From: Candidatus Cloacimonadota bacterium
Lineage (GTDB): Bacteria > Cloacimonadota > Cloacimonadia > JGIOTU-2
Length of the DNA: 64,000 bases
Assembly (NCBI GenBank): GCA_049903315.1
Contig: JBNGBT010000001.1
Location: forward strand, 96,001 to 160,000
Direction of reading: 5' to 3'
Made by a program: the position numbers and the translations under genes. Below the pieces are notes generated by a model. The model worked only from the letters and a program-made list of their open reading frames with translations, was not told the origin of the DNA and did not search any database. Positions 40,601 to 49,442 of this stretch are shown here, piece by piece (the stretch's first letter is position 1; each line of letters opens with the position of its first letter).

Positions 40601-40924
40601 ATCCAGTCTGTCCATCACAGAGAAATCGTCATTGATATGTGCAATGAGCAGCAGATTCATGAGAAGTGTTATTTTATCGGGGAATCGCAGATCGTTCTTT
40701 ATGATATTGATCGCCTGTTTGAGCGGAAGGGGATTTTCAATAAGGCGCTGAATATGGTGAATGTGTATCTCTTCCTGCCGGAAAGTGGTTTTGATAATAT
40801 TATATATTTTTTCTATATCATTCTTGGAAAGCTCCTTTTTGTTAAAGCGGATAAGAGTAAGATATAATGCAACGACTGCATTGATAATATCGTCTATATT
40901 TTTCACGGGAGCTTTTTTCATCAA
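37625..40924 (-). CDS. Multidomain ABCG/ABC-2-like transporter with TerB-like N-terminus and degenerate FHA-like domains
   Basis: GASGSGKT, YVPQDD, LSGGERKR, LDEPTSGL, IHQP, then C-terminal TM helices. N-terminal helical region resembles TerB; LLGESPHCDILL resembles FHA. ATPase/TM call is firm; accessory domains are inferred. Confidence 0.85.
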   Translation of the reverse strand: MMKKAPVKNIDDIINAVVALYLTLIRFNKKELSKNDIEKIYNIIKTTFRQEEIHIHHIQRLIENPLPLKQAINIIKNDLRFPDKITLLMNLLLIAHINDDFSVMDRLDILEVVELLEIDIRTYSQIIDLIEEENDSIEISLQEFLLNIDKNLFMNFLLLGESPHCDILLKDDNHTPYKIIVLIIENLVLVGSYVDGLYRIGSQALNKNVLMKLQKDETIILKNHTDENAVEVSYNDILMLYHNKVEEIAKVIKYTKESFDVDFTQEKNKLKIEVFDGKIVQNKTLLTKGSIYEVIITDRFIINDVIELSPLDILTEKLTFTRDERRFDTLFLENYEDFFRMNEHKSTNAIIKISQKDNDYFISPLTKTPQIYLNHQPLDKEKEFELAKDVVTIGKITIRFNKFFDIHKVELEVVKMEVNSLHYTFKDDNKVALDDINFYAKRGEFIAILGASGSGKTTLLKCLIGEIIPDTASIFINDFDFYKNYSYFQKFIGYVPQDDLLFNNLTVYENLFYCGKLRLPHIRDSRELNKKIDNILVQIGLSEKRDLVVGSIMDKKLSGGERKRLNIALELLAEPLIIILDEPTSGLSSKDSEKITDILNELKEQGKIIIATIHQPNPDIFQKFDKVLLIDQQGTEVFFGNTEEVFNYFNDELEKISYGLGNLLRKKELKMAEYLFDILQCPLLDSEGNFVYKRSTSIGGAKQELRKFPPSHWKAKFEKYQLFELMKRKKQSDSDEAAEAVSKKTIRNKRTSLREYFSQFYYLFARNILNKLKNKSNLIVTFLAAPVLAILISIILRYSPPEQSYSFAFNLNMKIFIFISIIVFIFLGLSNSLDDIFSEKRIMIREKKLRIKCGLVLLVKNLSLAIFAFFQAVIYFAVSSVILEIRGVFFVYVGYLVLSAFIGFSLGLLASAVLKDKKAMINILPIVLIPQMIFAGAVIEFEKMNRVVKVNPESVIPEFCHVMPSRWLFEGLFTAQAKLNFYKRKLSNLNSREDLLFQQKSKKEISISEFNIEIKEVRNKKAKLLINNDPDRYINEDINIAVSRIDGRFLNNPKNHFLSSKKIIFGKNYNTYNVNVVIAFLYGFLINILTYIIIRFKFK

Positions 40925-41142
40925 AGGATTTCCTTATTAAGACTATGTGCATTTTCTTTCACAACTGCTTTGGTAGAGCAGCGGGTTTTTAATGTCAAAT
41001 TTTTCGGGAACACAGAGTAAAACAGACTTAGGTAAAGCATACAGAAAAAAATTACCACAGAGATCACAGAGCTATATAGAAAACAATTAACAAAAATTAT
41101 GGACAAAACGAAGCATGCCTCAAATTTTATCCACGAGGCTTT

Positions 41143-41763
41143 ATGAAAAAAATAATTTTGATGGTTTTCCTGATGCTTCTCATAAGCAATTTATATTGTG
41201 ATGCGAAGCAGGATACCGATGCACTATTACATCTAAACATTCTCAATTTTAATATACTTGCACAAAACGAACTCATTAATGATAAAATCCCCAATACTCA
41301 ACCTACTATTAAGGATACAGTGTCTCAACAACCACTTCTAAAAAGACCAAAGACATGTTTTACCTTCTCTCTCGATACTGTCGTAATGCCGGGCGTTAGA
41401 TTCGGATTTGGATTTATAGACCATGATTCAACTTCTACAAAAGAAGAATTCGTCATTATACATGCGAATACAATAATGTTATTATCTTCCATTGGAATAT
41501 TTGGCAAAGTGAATTCTTTTAAATTCCCACAGAGGATTGGATTCTATACAAGTTATAGCATTGGAGTTGATTATTGCGTGACTTCTGGGGGACTTGATCC
41601 TGGCGGAAGTCCAGGAGGTTCAGGAGAGCAATTTTTTTCTCCCTATTTTACTTTCGGAATTGGTTACAGTTTTAAAGTAGGGAATACTTCATTTTTCAGA
41701 ATTTCAGGAGACCTGGGCCTGAAGTGGTTAATTGCCAGTATAACATTATCGTATGTGTTTTAA
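41143..41763 (+). CDS. Hypothetical exported protein, possibly a small outer-membrane beta-barrel
   Basis: Signal peptide, alternating beta-strand pattern, C-terminal ...LSYVF. Confidence 0.65.
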   Translation: MKKIILMVFLMLLISNLYCDAKQDTDALLHLNILNFNILAQNELINDKIPNTQPTIKDTVSQQPLLKRPKTCFTFSLDTVVMPGVRFGFGFIDHDSTSTKEEFVIIHANTIMLLSSIGIFGKVNSFKFPQRIGFYTSYSIGVDYCVTSGGLDPGGSPGGSGEQFFSPYFTFGIGYSFKVGNTSFFRISGDLGLKWLIASITLSYVF

Positions 41764-41952
41764 AATTGGTAAAAATTCCTTTTTCAGTATATCGGGTGAT
41801 TGGGGTATTAGATTTCTTGGTGATAACGTAACCTTATCATTGATATTTTGAACAAATTCATAAATTACTTGATTAAAAATTTATCCCTTACAAATGTTTA
41901 ACAAATATTTTAAAATTATAATAAATAAAATATATATATGACAGGAGGAAAG

Positions 41953-43578
41953 GTGAAAATAAAAAAAATCATCTTATCTGTATTTGTATTTTCCATCACT
42001 CTTCAGCTCCTTTTCTGTTCATCGGCAGCAGTTGCCGGCAAGAATGAACCCGAAGAAGGAGTCCGCGTTGCAGTGTGGGGCTTTCATTATAACGACCTCG
42101 ATAGCCGCACTATGTGCAAATATCTACCAAATGATTTTCAGGAGGTCGGAAAAGAAACTCCCGGAATCGTCATGATCCCGACAAAACAAGTTGGCAAAGC
42201 TCTCGGGAAAGTGAAGATCGAGGAGCTTGACCAAACTGTGGTCGCAGAACTTGCAAAAAAAGTTGATTCCCGCATCAACATCTGGGGAAATATTTCTCAG
42301 ATTGAATCGACCCTCTTCAACCTCATCGTGTTTGTCTTTGACGTAGAAACAAATGAGATCAAATACGAGCAGATGAAGGTTGAGAAGAAAAAAGATGAAC
42401 GCCTGAAATCTGCTCAAAAAATACTTGATATGGCTATTGAAATGTGCGGTTCTGCGGAGACAAAAGCAATGGAAATTGCTATGAATTTCTTCAACTCAGA
42501 GCAGTACCCTGATGCAAAAGCAGCATTTTTAAGTGTGCTGGAACTGAATCCGGAAGAGAAAGAAGCATATCTCTATCTTGCCTACATCAGTGCACTTGGG
42601 GCGAATTATACCACAGCAATCGACTATTATAACAAAGCACTCGAGATCGATCCGAGCTACATCATAGCTCTTGAGGGTCTTGCGTGGTCGTATAAAATGG
42701 TCGAAGACTATGACATGGCATCAGAAACCTATCGTACACTTGCTGAGCTTGAAGAAGGAAACATCGAATATATGGTCTGTATTGGTGAGATCTGCCAAAT
42801 GACAGATAATTTTGATGATGCAGTCGATGCATACAATCTCGCGTTGGATATCAATCCCGATTGTATAGAAGTTCATAAGCCGCTTGGAATTCTCTATTTT
42901 GAGGAAGATTTTTATGATGAAGCGATACCTCATCTTCGCGCTGTGATTGATGCAGGTGTGGAAGATAGTGATATAAGCAAAAAGTTAGCCATCGCATATC
43001 AGAAAACAGGACGCATTGACGAAGCTATCCAGCAGAATTTAGATATCGTTAAAAGAAATCCGAAATCCACAGCTCCTTATCTGAATCTTGCTGCGATCTA
43101 TGTTACTCAGCAGGATTTCACAAAAGCCCTTGATGCGCTGAATAAGTATATCGAGATCATGCCGGATTCTGAGATCGGCTATAACCGAATTGCTGATGTG
43201 TATCGCCAGATGAAGGAGTATAATAAAGCAGTTCAATATGCACAAAAATCTGCGGAGATCGCTCCCGGTCATCCGGAGCCTTATCTTATTCTTGGCGAAA
43301 TTGATAATGAGCGCGGGTATCTGCATTATCAACTCTATATTGATTATGATGAGAAAGCAAAAAATCCGGAATTCAGCGCTGATTATGACAAAAACCATAA
43401 ATTGCGCGTAGAGAATAAGAAGAAAGCAAACGCTTACTTTACCTCCGCAAAAACCTATTACGAAAAAGCAAAAACATTAACATCCGATTATTTCATGCAG
43501 GAGCGTTTAAAGGATAAGATTGAATTGGTAAATACACTTATCGAAGAAACAAAGCATGATCCTTTCTATGATGAATAA
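41953..43578 (+). CDS. Exported tetratricopeptide-repeat protein
   Basis: Signal peptide, multiple TPRs ([13 protein letters not shown] etc.). Probable GTG start 41953 after AGGAGG. Confidence 0.88.
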   Translation: MKIKKIILSVFVFSITLQLLFCSSAAVAGKNEPEEGVRVAVWGFHYNDLDSRTMCKYLPNDFQEVGKETPGIVMIPTKQVGKALGKVKIEELDQTVVAELAKKVDSRINIWGNISQIESTLFNLIVFVFDVETNEIKYEQMKVEKKKDERLKSAQKILDMAIEMCGSAETKAMEIAMNFFNSEQYPDAKAAFLSVLELNPEEKEAYLYLAYISALGANYTTAIDYYNKALEIDPSYIIALEGLAWSYKMVEDYDMASETYRTLAELEEGNIEYMVCIGEICQMTDNFDDAVDAYNLALDINPDCIEVHKPLGILYFEEDFYDEAIPHLRAVIDAGVEDSDISKKLAIAYQKTGRIDEAIQQNLDIVKRNPKSTAPYLNLAAIYVTQQDFTKALDALNKYIEIMPDSEIGYNRIADVYRQMKEYNKAVQYAQKSAEIAPGHPEPYLILGEIDNERGYLHYQLYIDYDEKAKNPEFSADYDKNHKLRVENKKKANAYFTSAKTYYEKAKTLTSDYFMQERLKDKIELVNTLIEETKHDPFYDE

Positions 43579-44434
43579 AGCGTTGACCTTTCAGCAGATC
43601 ATATTCAATCTTCAAAAATTCTGGGATTCTCAGGGCTGTATACTACGCCAGCCCTATGATGTAGAAATGGGTGCGGGTACTTTTCATCCAGCCACTTTTT
43701 TCGGGTCTCTCTCCAATAAGGACGAACGGGTCGCGTACACGCAACCGTCGAGACGTCCCAAGGATGGACGATATGGAGACAATCCCAACAGATTGCAGCA
43801 TTATTACCAATTCCAGGTCATTATCAAACCTTCGCCTAACGATATTCAGGAACTGTATTTGAAGAGTCTCGAAGCAATCGGTACTCCTATAAAGGAGCAT
43901 GATGTGCGTTTCGTGGAAGATGACTGGGAATCACCGACACTCGGTGCGGCAGGATTGGGCTGGGAAGTTTGGCTTGACGGAATGGAAATTTCGCAATTCA
44001 CCTATTTTCAGCAGATTGCGGGTTACGAACTAAAATCAGTGCCTGTCGAACTCACATACGGCTTGGAGCGTATCGCTATGTACATCCAGCAGGTCGATCA
44101 TTTCAAAGATATTATGTGGAATGATACAATGACCTACGAAGAAGTGTATATGGATAGTGAAAAGCAATTCTGCGAGTTCAATTTCAAAACTGCTAATGTT
44201 GAGATGCTTTTCGGTGAGTTTGACCGTTATGAAAAAGAGGTATACAGGCAGGTGGAATTCGAGCTCGTATATCCTGCCTATGATTATGTGCTCAAATGCT
44301 CACATATATTTAATCTGCTCGATGCACGCGGTGCGATCAGCGTTTCGGAAAGAGCAATGTATATCAAACGCATTCGCAACCTTGCTCGTGCGTGCGCTAC
44401 GGGATTCATGCAATCCCAGAATGACAAAAAATAA
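43568..44434 (+). CDS. glyQ: Glycine--tRNA ligase alpha subunit
   Basis: [53 protein letters not shown]. Confidence 0.97.
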   Translation: MMNKALTFQQIIFNLQKFWDSQGCILRQPYDVEMGAGTFHPATFFGSLSNKDERVAYTQPSRRPKDGRYGDNPNRLQHYYQFQVIIKPSPNDIQELYLKSLEAIGTPIKEHDVRFVEDDWESPTLGAAGLGWEVWLDGMEISQFTYFQQIAGYELKSVPVELTYGLERIAMYIQQVDHFKDIMWNDTMTYEEVYMDSEKQFCEFNFKTANVEMLFGEFDRYEKEVYRQVEFELVYPAYDYVLKCSHIFNLLDARGAISVSERAMYIKRIRNLARACATGFMQSQNDKK

Positions 44435-44442
44435 GGATACGT

Positions 44443-45159
44443 ATGCCTAAAAATACTGAATCAATATATAAAGAGATACTTGATTGTTACACTGATACTT
44501 TCGGTGCTTCTCTTCATTCGTTATACATATACGGAAGCGCAACCACGGATGATTTCAATGAGAAATATTCTGACATCAATGTGGCAATGATCCTGGATGA
44601 TATTTCAATTCAAAATCTTATAAAAGCCAGGAGTTGCATTAAAACACTTCGCAAAAAACATATCGCTGCCCCGCTCTTTCTCACAAAGGATTACATAAAG
44701 GATTCCCTGGATTCCTTTCCTCTTGAATTCCTCGCGATAAAAAATTCTCATCTTACTCTTCATGGAGATGATGCCTTTGCAGATATTTCGATCGAACCAG
44801 AACATGTTCGCCTTCAGACAGAACGAGAGCTCAAAGGAAAATTGCTTGTGCTTCGTGCTTCATTTCTTGAGAACATCGACAAGAAAAACGTACTCAATGC
44901 ACTTATTGTGAACTCTTTTTCTGCACTCATTCCTGTTTTGAAAGGGATACTGTTTTTTAAAGAAGCGGAAATTCCCGTAAATGCATTAGATGTCATAAAA
45001 GCCACAGCAGAAGTATGTGAGATCGACCTGTCATCCTTTGAGTCTGCCTATAAGATCAAGAACCGATATTTGAAACTGAAGAGCGAAGAATTTGTCACCT
45101 TCTTTGAATCTTATATTTCCGCAGTAGATTCGCTTGCGAAACTCGTAGATAAACTTTAA
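44443..45159 (+). CDS. Nucleotidyltransferase-like (Pol-beta superfamily) protein
   Basis: YIYGSA...SDINV motif followed by a helical C-terminal domain. Confidence 0.65.
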   Translation: MPKNTESIYKEILDCYTDTFGASLHSLYIYGSATTDDFNEKYSDINVAMILDDISIQNLIKARSCIKTLRKKHIAAPLFLTKDYIKDSLDSFPLEFLAIKNSHLTLHGDDAFADISIEPEHVRLQTERELKGKLLVLRASFLENIDKKNVLNALIVNSFSALIPVLKGILFFKEAEIPVNALDVIKATAEVCEIDLSSFESAYKIKNRYLKLKSEEFVTFFESYISAVDSLAKLVDKL

Positions 45160-45216
45160 TCTTTTGTATTTGATAATGAATGTTGTAAGCACGTACTGTG
45201 CGGTGAAGCAGTTTTT

Positions 45217-46470
45217 ATGAAAAAAGTCGTCGTCATTGGGGGAGGTCCTGCCGGTATGATGGCAGCATGCAGAGCTGCCGAATGCGGAGCTGAAGTGACA
45301 CTTCTTGAGAAAATGAACAAACTCGGACTGAAACTTTCACTCACCGGTAAGGGACGATGTAATATCACAAACACTGAGCCCGAGGTAATGACATTTATTG
45401 AGAAATACGGGCAGAATGGTAAATTTCTTATTAATGCATTCAACACATTTTTCAATAAAGAATTGATGCAATTTCTTCAAAAAAGAGGACTTGTTTTGAA
45501 AGAACTTTCGGGCGGACGTATCTATCCTGAATCCGATAATTCATGGAGTGTTGTAGATGTATTTACACAGTATCTTAAAGAGCTTGGGGTTCGTGTAGTA
45601 GTCGAATCTTCTGTGATTGAACTTCTGCACTATAATAATGTAGTTGGTGGCGTCATACACGAAAACGGAACTCTCCTTGCCGATGCAGTCATTGTTGCAA
45701 CAGGCGGGAAATCATATTCTCAGACAGGTTCTTCAGGAGATGGATATCAGTTTGCACGTGTCACCGGGCACAAAGTTACAGATCTTTATCCCGGATTAGT
45801 TCCTTTTAATCTCCTCGATATAGATCCGGATCTTGATGGTGTGAAATTAAAAAATGTACGAGGAACTGTCACTGATGAGGATGAAGTTCTTGCTGAAGCA
45901 TTTGGTGAATTCTATTTCACGGAATGGGGCGCAGACGGATCTGTCATACTTCGTTTAAGCAGAGACGTGAAAGAAGAAATTCAAGAAGATTATCTGACTT
46001 TGCATGTCGATCTGAAACCTGCGCTTGATGATGAAAAAATCCATGAGAGAATACTGAGAGAGATAAATAGTAATGGAAAATTATCCTATAAAAGTATGCT
46101 GAAAGAACTTCTTCCGGAAAAGATGATCTCCTTTTTTATCACGAAAACCCATATCCCGGAAGATACCAAAATCGCAAATATCACAAAAGAACAGCGGGAA
46201 ACCATTGTGAGAAATTTGAAGGACCTTACCTTTACGATCACCGGCACAAGATCCTTTGATGAAGCTATTGTTACTTCCGGTGGAGTACAGCTTTCACATA
46301 TCGATCCTCGAACAATGGAATCCAAAAAAATTAAAAATCTGTACTTTGCAGGCGAGGTGTTGAACATTGATGGCGACACCGGGGGATACAATCTGCAAGC
46401 AGCTTTTTCAACCGGATATGTAGCAGGGGAAAACGCAGCAAAGGAACAACAAAATAATGAAGAAAATTGA
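45217..46470 (+). CDS. HI0933/YhiN/BaiN-family flavoprotein
   Basis: GGGPAG, LTGKGRCNITN, ATGGKSY..TGSSGDG, VTSGGV, FAGE...GGYNLQAAFSTG. Confidence 0.93.
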   Translation: MKKVVVIGGGPAGMMAACRAAECGAEVTLLEKMNKLGLKLSLTGKGRCNITNTEPEVMTFIEKYGQNGKFLINAFNTFFNKELMQFLQKRGLVLKELSGGRIYPESDNSWSVVDVFTQYLKELGVRVVVESSVIELLHYNNVVGGVIHENGTLLADAVIVATGGKSYSQTGSSGDGYQFARVTGHKVTDLYPGLVPFNLLDIDPDLDGVKLKNVRGTVTDEDEVLAEAFGEFYFTEWGADGSVILRLSRDVKEEIQEDYLTLHVDLKPALDDEKIHERILREINSNGKLSYKSMLKELLPEKMISFFITKTHIPEDTKIANITKEQRETIVRNLKDLTFTITGTRSFDEAIVTSGGVQLSHIDPRTMESKKIKNLYFAGEVLNIDGDTGGYNLQAAFSTGYVAGENAAKEQQNNEEN

Positions 46471-47287
46471 TTTACACATACATTCAAATTTTTCTGACGG
46501 CACAAGACATCCAAAAGATATAATCAAAGAAACTAAAGCAATGGGTTTTGATGTGATCTCCATCACAGATCATGATACGCTTGACGGCTACAATGCGGGG
46601 AAGAGGTGCGCAAAACATCTCGGTATTGAGCTCGTTCCCGGAGTAGAGATCAGCAGCTACTATCAGGCATTCGACGTGCATATTCTCGCCTATTTTGTGG
46701 ATATTCATAACCGGCAGCTCCTCAGTATGTTGAAGTATCTGCAAAAGGGACGTATCTTGCGAGCACAGAAGATACTCGATAAATTGAACGAATATGGCTT
46801 CAATCTGAATATGAAAGAAGTGTTTGAGCATGTTGACAATAAGAAGGTTGTCGGACGTCCTCATATTGCAACGGCAATGGCAGAAAAAGATTACACAACC
46901 TATGAAGAAGCATTCTGGCATTATATTGGTAATGATAGACCCGCATATGTGCGCAAACCCACATTCCCTCCGGAAGAAGTGATCAAGATCATTAAAGATG
47001 CAGGTGGTATTGCAATACTTGCACACCCGGGAGTCATTAAAAACGATTTCATTATTCCTGATCTTGTTGATTTTGGTCTGGACGGTCTTGAAGTATTTTA
47101 CCCACTGCATAGTCTATACCAGAGACAGAATTATCTTGAACTTGCAGAACGGTATAGATTGCTGGTCACAGGCGGTTCCGACTATCATGGATTTGCTAGA
47201 AAAAATGAGGATTTTGGACAAGCAATGCTCAAAGAAGTTTATTACGAACAGCTCCTGGCACATAAGGATCGAAAGTATGCCAATTAA
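46457..47287 (+). CDS. PHP-domain phosphoesterase (TrpH/YciV-like)
   Basis: DLHIHSNFSDG, ITDHD, GRPH, LAHP, GGSDYHG. Confidence 0.92.
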   Translation: MKKIDLHIHSNFSDGTRHPKDIIKETKAMGFDVISITDHDTLDGYNAGKRCAKHLGIELVPGVEISSYYQAFDVHILAYFVDIHNRQLLSMLKYLQKGRILRAQKILDKLNEYGFNLNMKEVFEHVDNKKVVGRPHIATAMAEKDYTTYEEAFWHYIGNDRPAYVRKPTFPPEEVIKIIKDAGGIAILAHPGVIKNDFIIPDLVDFGLDGLEVFYPLHSLYQRQNYLELAERYRLLVTGGSDYHGFARKNEDFGQAMLKEVYYEQLLAHKDRKYAN

Positions 47288-47900
47288 AAGACTGATCTTG
47301 CTCGCTGAATTTGAAACAAACACCTATCTCATCTGGGATAAAGAATCGGGTCTTGGCGCAGTTATTGATCCCGCCAACAACGCTCACGAAATCGTTGATG
47401 AAGCGGAAAGAATAGGTTTTAAAATAAAATATATCATAAATACTCACGGGCATGCTGATCATATCGGAGCGAACACAGAACTGAAAAAACTCACTGGTGC
47501 AACACTCTGCATCCATGAAGATGACAGCGAGAAGTTAAGTAATCCAGATATGAACCTCAGCTCATTTGTGGGATTTCCAATCACTACAGTGAAAGCAGAC
47601 AGATTGCTTAAGGATGGTGATGTAATAAATATTGGGAGTATCTCATTAAAGGTGTTGCATACCCCCGGTCATTCAAAAGGGTGTATTTGCCTAGTCGGTG
47701 ATGGATTTGTATTTAGCGGTGATACACTGTTTTTCGAAAGCATCGGACGATATGATTTTCCTGATAGTAATGGAGACCTTCTCAGAAAAAGCATTGAAGA
47801 GAAATTATTTGTGCTCGCTGATGCGACAAAAGTTTATACAGGGCATGGCGGACCAACCACGATTGGTCATGAAAAAAAACATAATCCCTTTTTCTTTTAA
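47277..47900 (+). CDS. MBL-fold hydrolase (glyoxalase II/YcbL-like)
   Basis: THGHADH, HTPGHS, SGDTLF, GHG. Probable start ATG 47277. Confidence 0.92.
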   Translation: MPIKRLILLAEFETNTYLIWDKESGLGAVIDPANNAHEIVDEAERIGFKIKYIINTHGHADHIGANTELKKLTGATLCIHEDDSEKLSNPDMNLSSFVGFPITTVKADRLLKDGDVINIGSISLKVLHTPGHSKGCICLVGDGFVFSGDTLFFESIGRYDFPDSNGDLLRKSIEEKLFVLADATKVYTGHGGPTTIGHEKKHNPFFF

Positions 47901-47903
47901 ATT

Positions 47904-49436
47904 ATGGTAATAATTTTAGACTTCGGCTCTCAATATACCTATCTGATCCTGAAATCTGTTCAGCAGCTGAATGTGTCTTGTAATGTAGTTCCTTACGACA
48001 TCAATATTTCGGAAATTACCGAACTAGAACCTGAAGCAATAATTTTATCCGGCAGTCCCTACAGTGTATTGGCGGACGAAGCTCCCCTCTGTGATAAAAA
48101 GTTATTCGAGCTGGGAATTCCAATACTCGGGATATGCTATGGAATGCAGCTCATTTGCCATTTGTTGGGCGGCAATGTCGGGCATTCGTTGAAAAAAGAG
48201 TTCGGTTATGTCGAGTTAGTTATTGATGAAAAGCACACACTTTTTGAGGGATTGGAAACTGGAGACGTAGTGTGGATGAGCCATTCAGATAAAATTGAAA
48301 AAGTGCCCGACGGTTATGATACATATTCCAGTACTATAAATACACCGTTTGTTGCCATGCAAAATAAAGCAAAAAAAATATATGCAGTTCAGTTTCATCC
48401 GGAGGTTTCTCATACAGAGAAAGGTTTATATATATTTAAAAATTTTATTTATAACATTTGCGAACTAAAACCGAACTGGACCCCGAGTTCATTCATTGAA
48501 AAAGCATCCAGAAAGATCAAAGAAATGGTCGGGGATGCTGGTGTAGTTCTCGGCCTAAGCGGGGGGGTTGACTCATCTGTCACTGCTGCATTACTTCATA
48601 AAGTTATCGGTGATAAACTTATTCCTATTCTTGTTGATACAGGATTGATGAGGAAAAATGAGATCGTTGAAATACAGCAGATGTTCGAGAACATTGGCAT
48701 CCATATTAAGGTTGTGAATGCACAAGATGTTTTCCTCGATGCATTAAAAGGCGTTGTCGATCCTGAAAAAAAGAGGAAGATCATTGGGAATCTATTTATC
48801 AAAATTTTTGAAAAAGAAGCACTCAAATTTGACAATGTGCAATTTCTTGCACAGGGTACTCTGTATCCAGATGTGATCGAGAGTTCTTCATCAGAGACAA
48901 AAAACGGACCTTCTGTCACGATCAAATCGCATCATAATGTAGGCGGCTTACCGGAAAATTTTGATCTCAAGCTTATTGAACCGCTTCGTGAATTGTTTAA
49001 ATATGAAGTTAGGGTGATCGGCAAAGAGCTTGGATTGTCCGATGAGATACTTTTCAGGCACCCCTTCCCCGGACCGGGACTGGCAGTTCGCATTATTGGA
49101 GATATCACAGAAGAGAAAGTGGCAGTGCTTCAGGAAATTGATTATATATTCATTGATGAATTGAGGAAGAGTTTTTATTATGACCGCATATGGCAGGCAT
49201 TTGCAGTATTATTGCCTGTGCAGACAGTCGGCGTGATGGGGGATGACCGAACCTATGAAAATGTCTGTGCACTCCGCGCAGTTAACAGCCTCGACGGCAT
49301 GACTGCGGACTGGACTAAAATTCCCTACAATATTTTACGACAGATCTCAAACAGGATAATAAACGAAGTTGACGGGGTAAACAGAGTCGTGTATGATATT
49401 AGCTCTAAGCCACCAAGCACAATTGAGTGGGAATAG
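47904..49436 (+). CDS. guaA: GMP synthase (glutamine-hydrolysing)
   Basis: LDFGSQY, GICYGMQ, QFHPEV, SGGVDS, KSHHNVGG, HPFPGPGL, KPPSTIEWE. Confidence 0.98.
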   Translation: MVIILDFGSQYTYLILKSVQQLNVSCNVVPYDINISEITELEPEAIILSGSPYSVLADEAPLCDKKLFELGIPILGICYGMQLICHLLGGNVGHSLKKEFGYVELVIDEKHTLFEGLETGDVVWMSHSDKIEKVPDGYDTYSSTINTPFVAMQNKAKKIYAVQFHPEVSHTEKGLYIFKNFIYNICELKPNWTPSSFIEKASRKIKEMVGDAGVVLGLSGGVDSSVTAALLHKVIGDKLIPILVDTGLMRKNEIVEIQQMFENIGIHIKVVNAQDVFLDALKGVVDPEKKRKIIGNLFIKIFEKEALKFDNVQFLAQGTLYPDVIESSSSETKNGPSVTIKSHHNVGGLPENFDLKLIEPLRELFKYEVRVIGKELGLSDEILFRHPFPGPGLAVRIIGDITEEKVAVLQEIDYIFIDELRKSFYYDRIWQAFAVLLPVQTVGVMGDDRTYENVCALRAVNSLDGMTADWTKIPYNILRQISNRIINEVDGVNRVVYDISSKPPSTIEWE

Positions 49437-49442
49437 ATCAAA

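Noticed and set aside
46998..47276. 93-aa N-terminal extension of the MBL hydrolase
   Set aside because: Overlaps the PHP gene in another frame; ATG 47277 has an AAGGA RBS and gives the normal family length.
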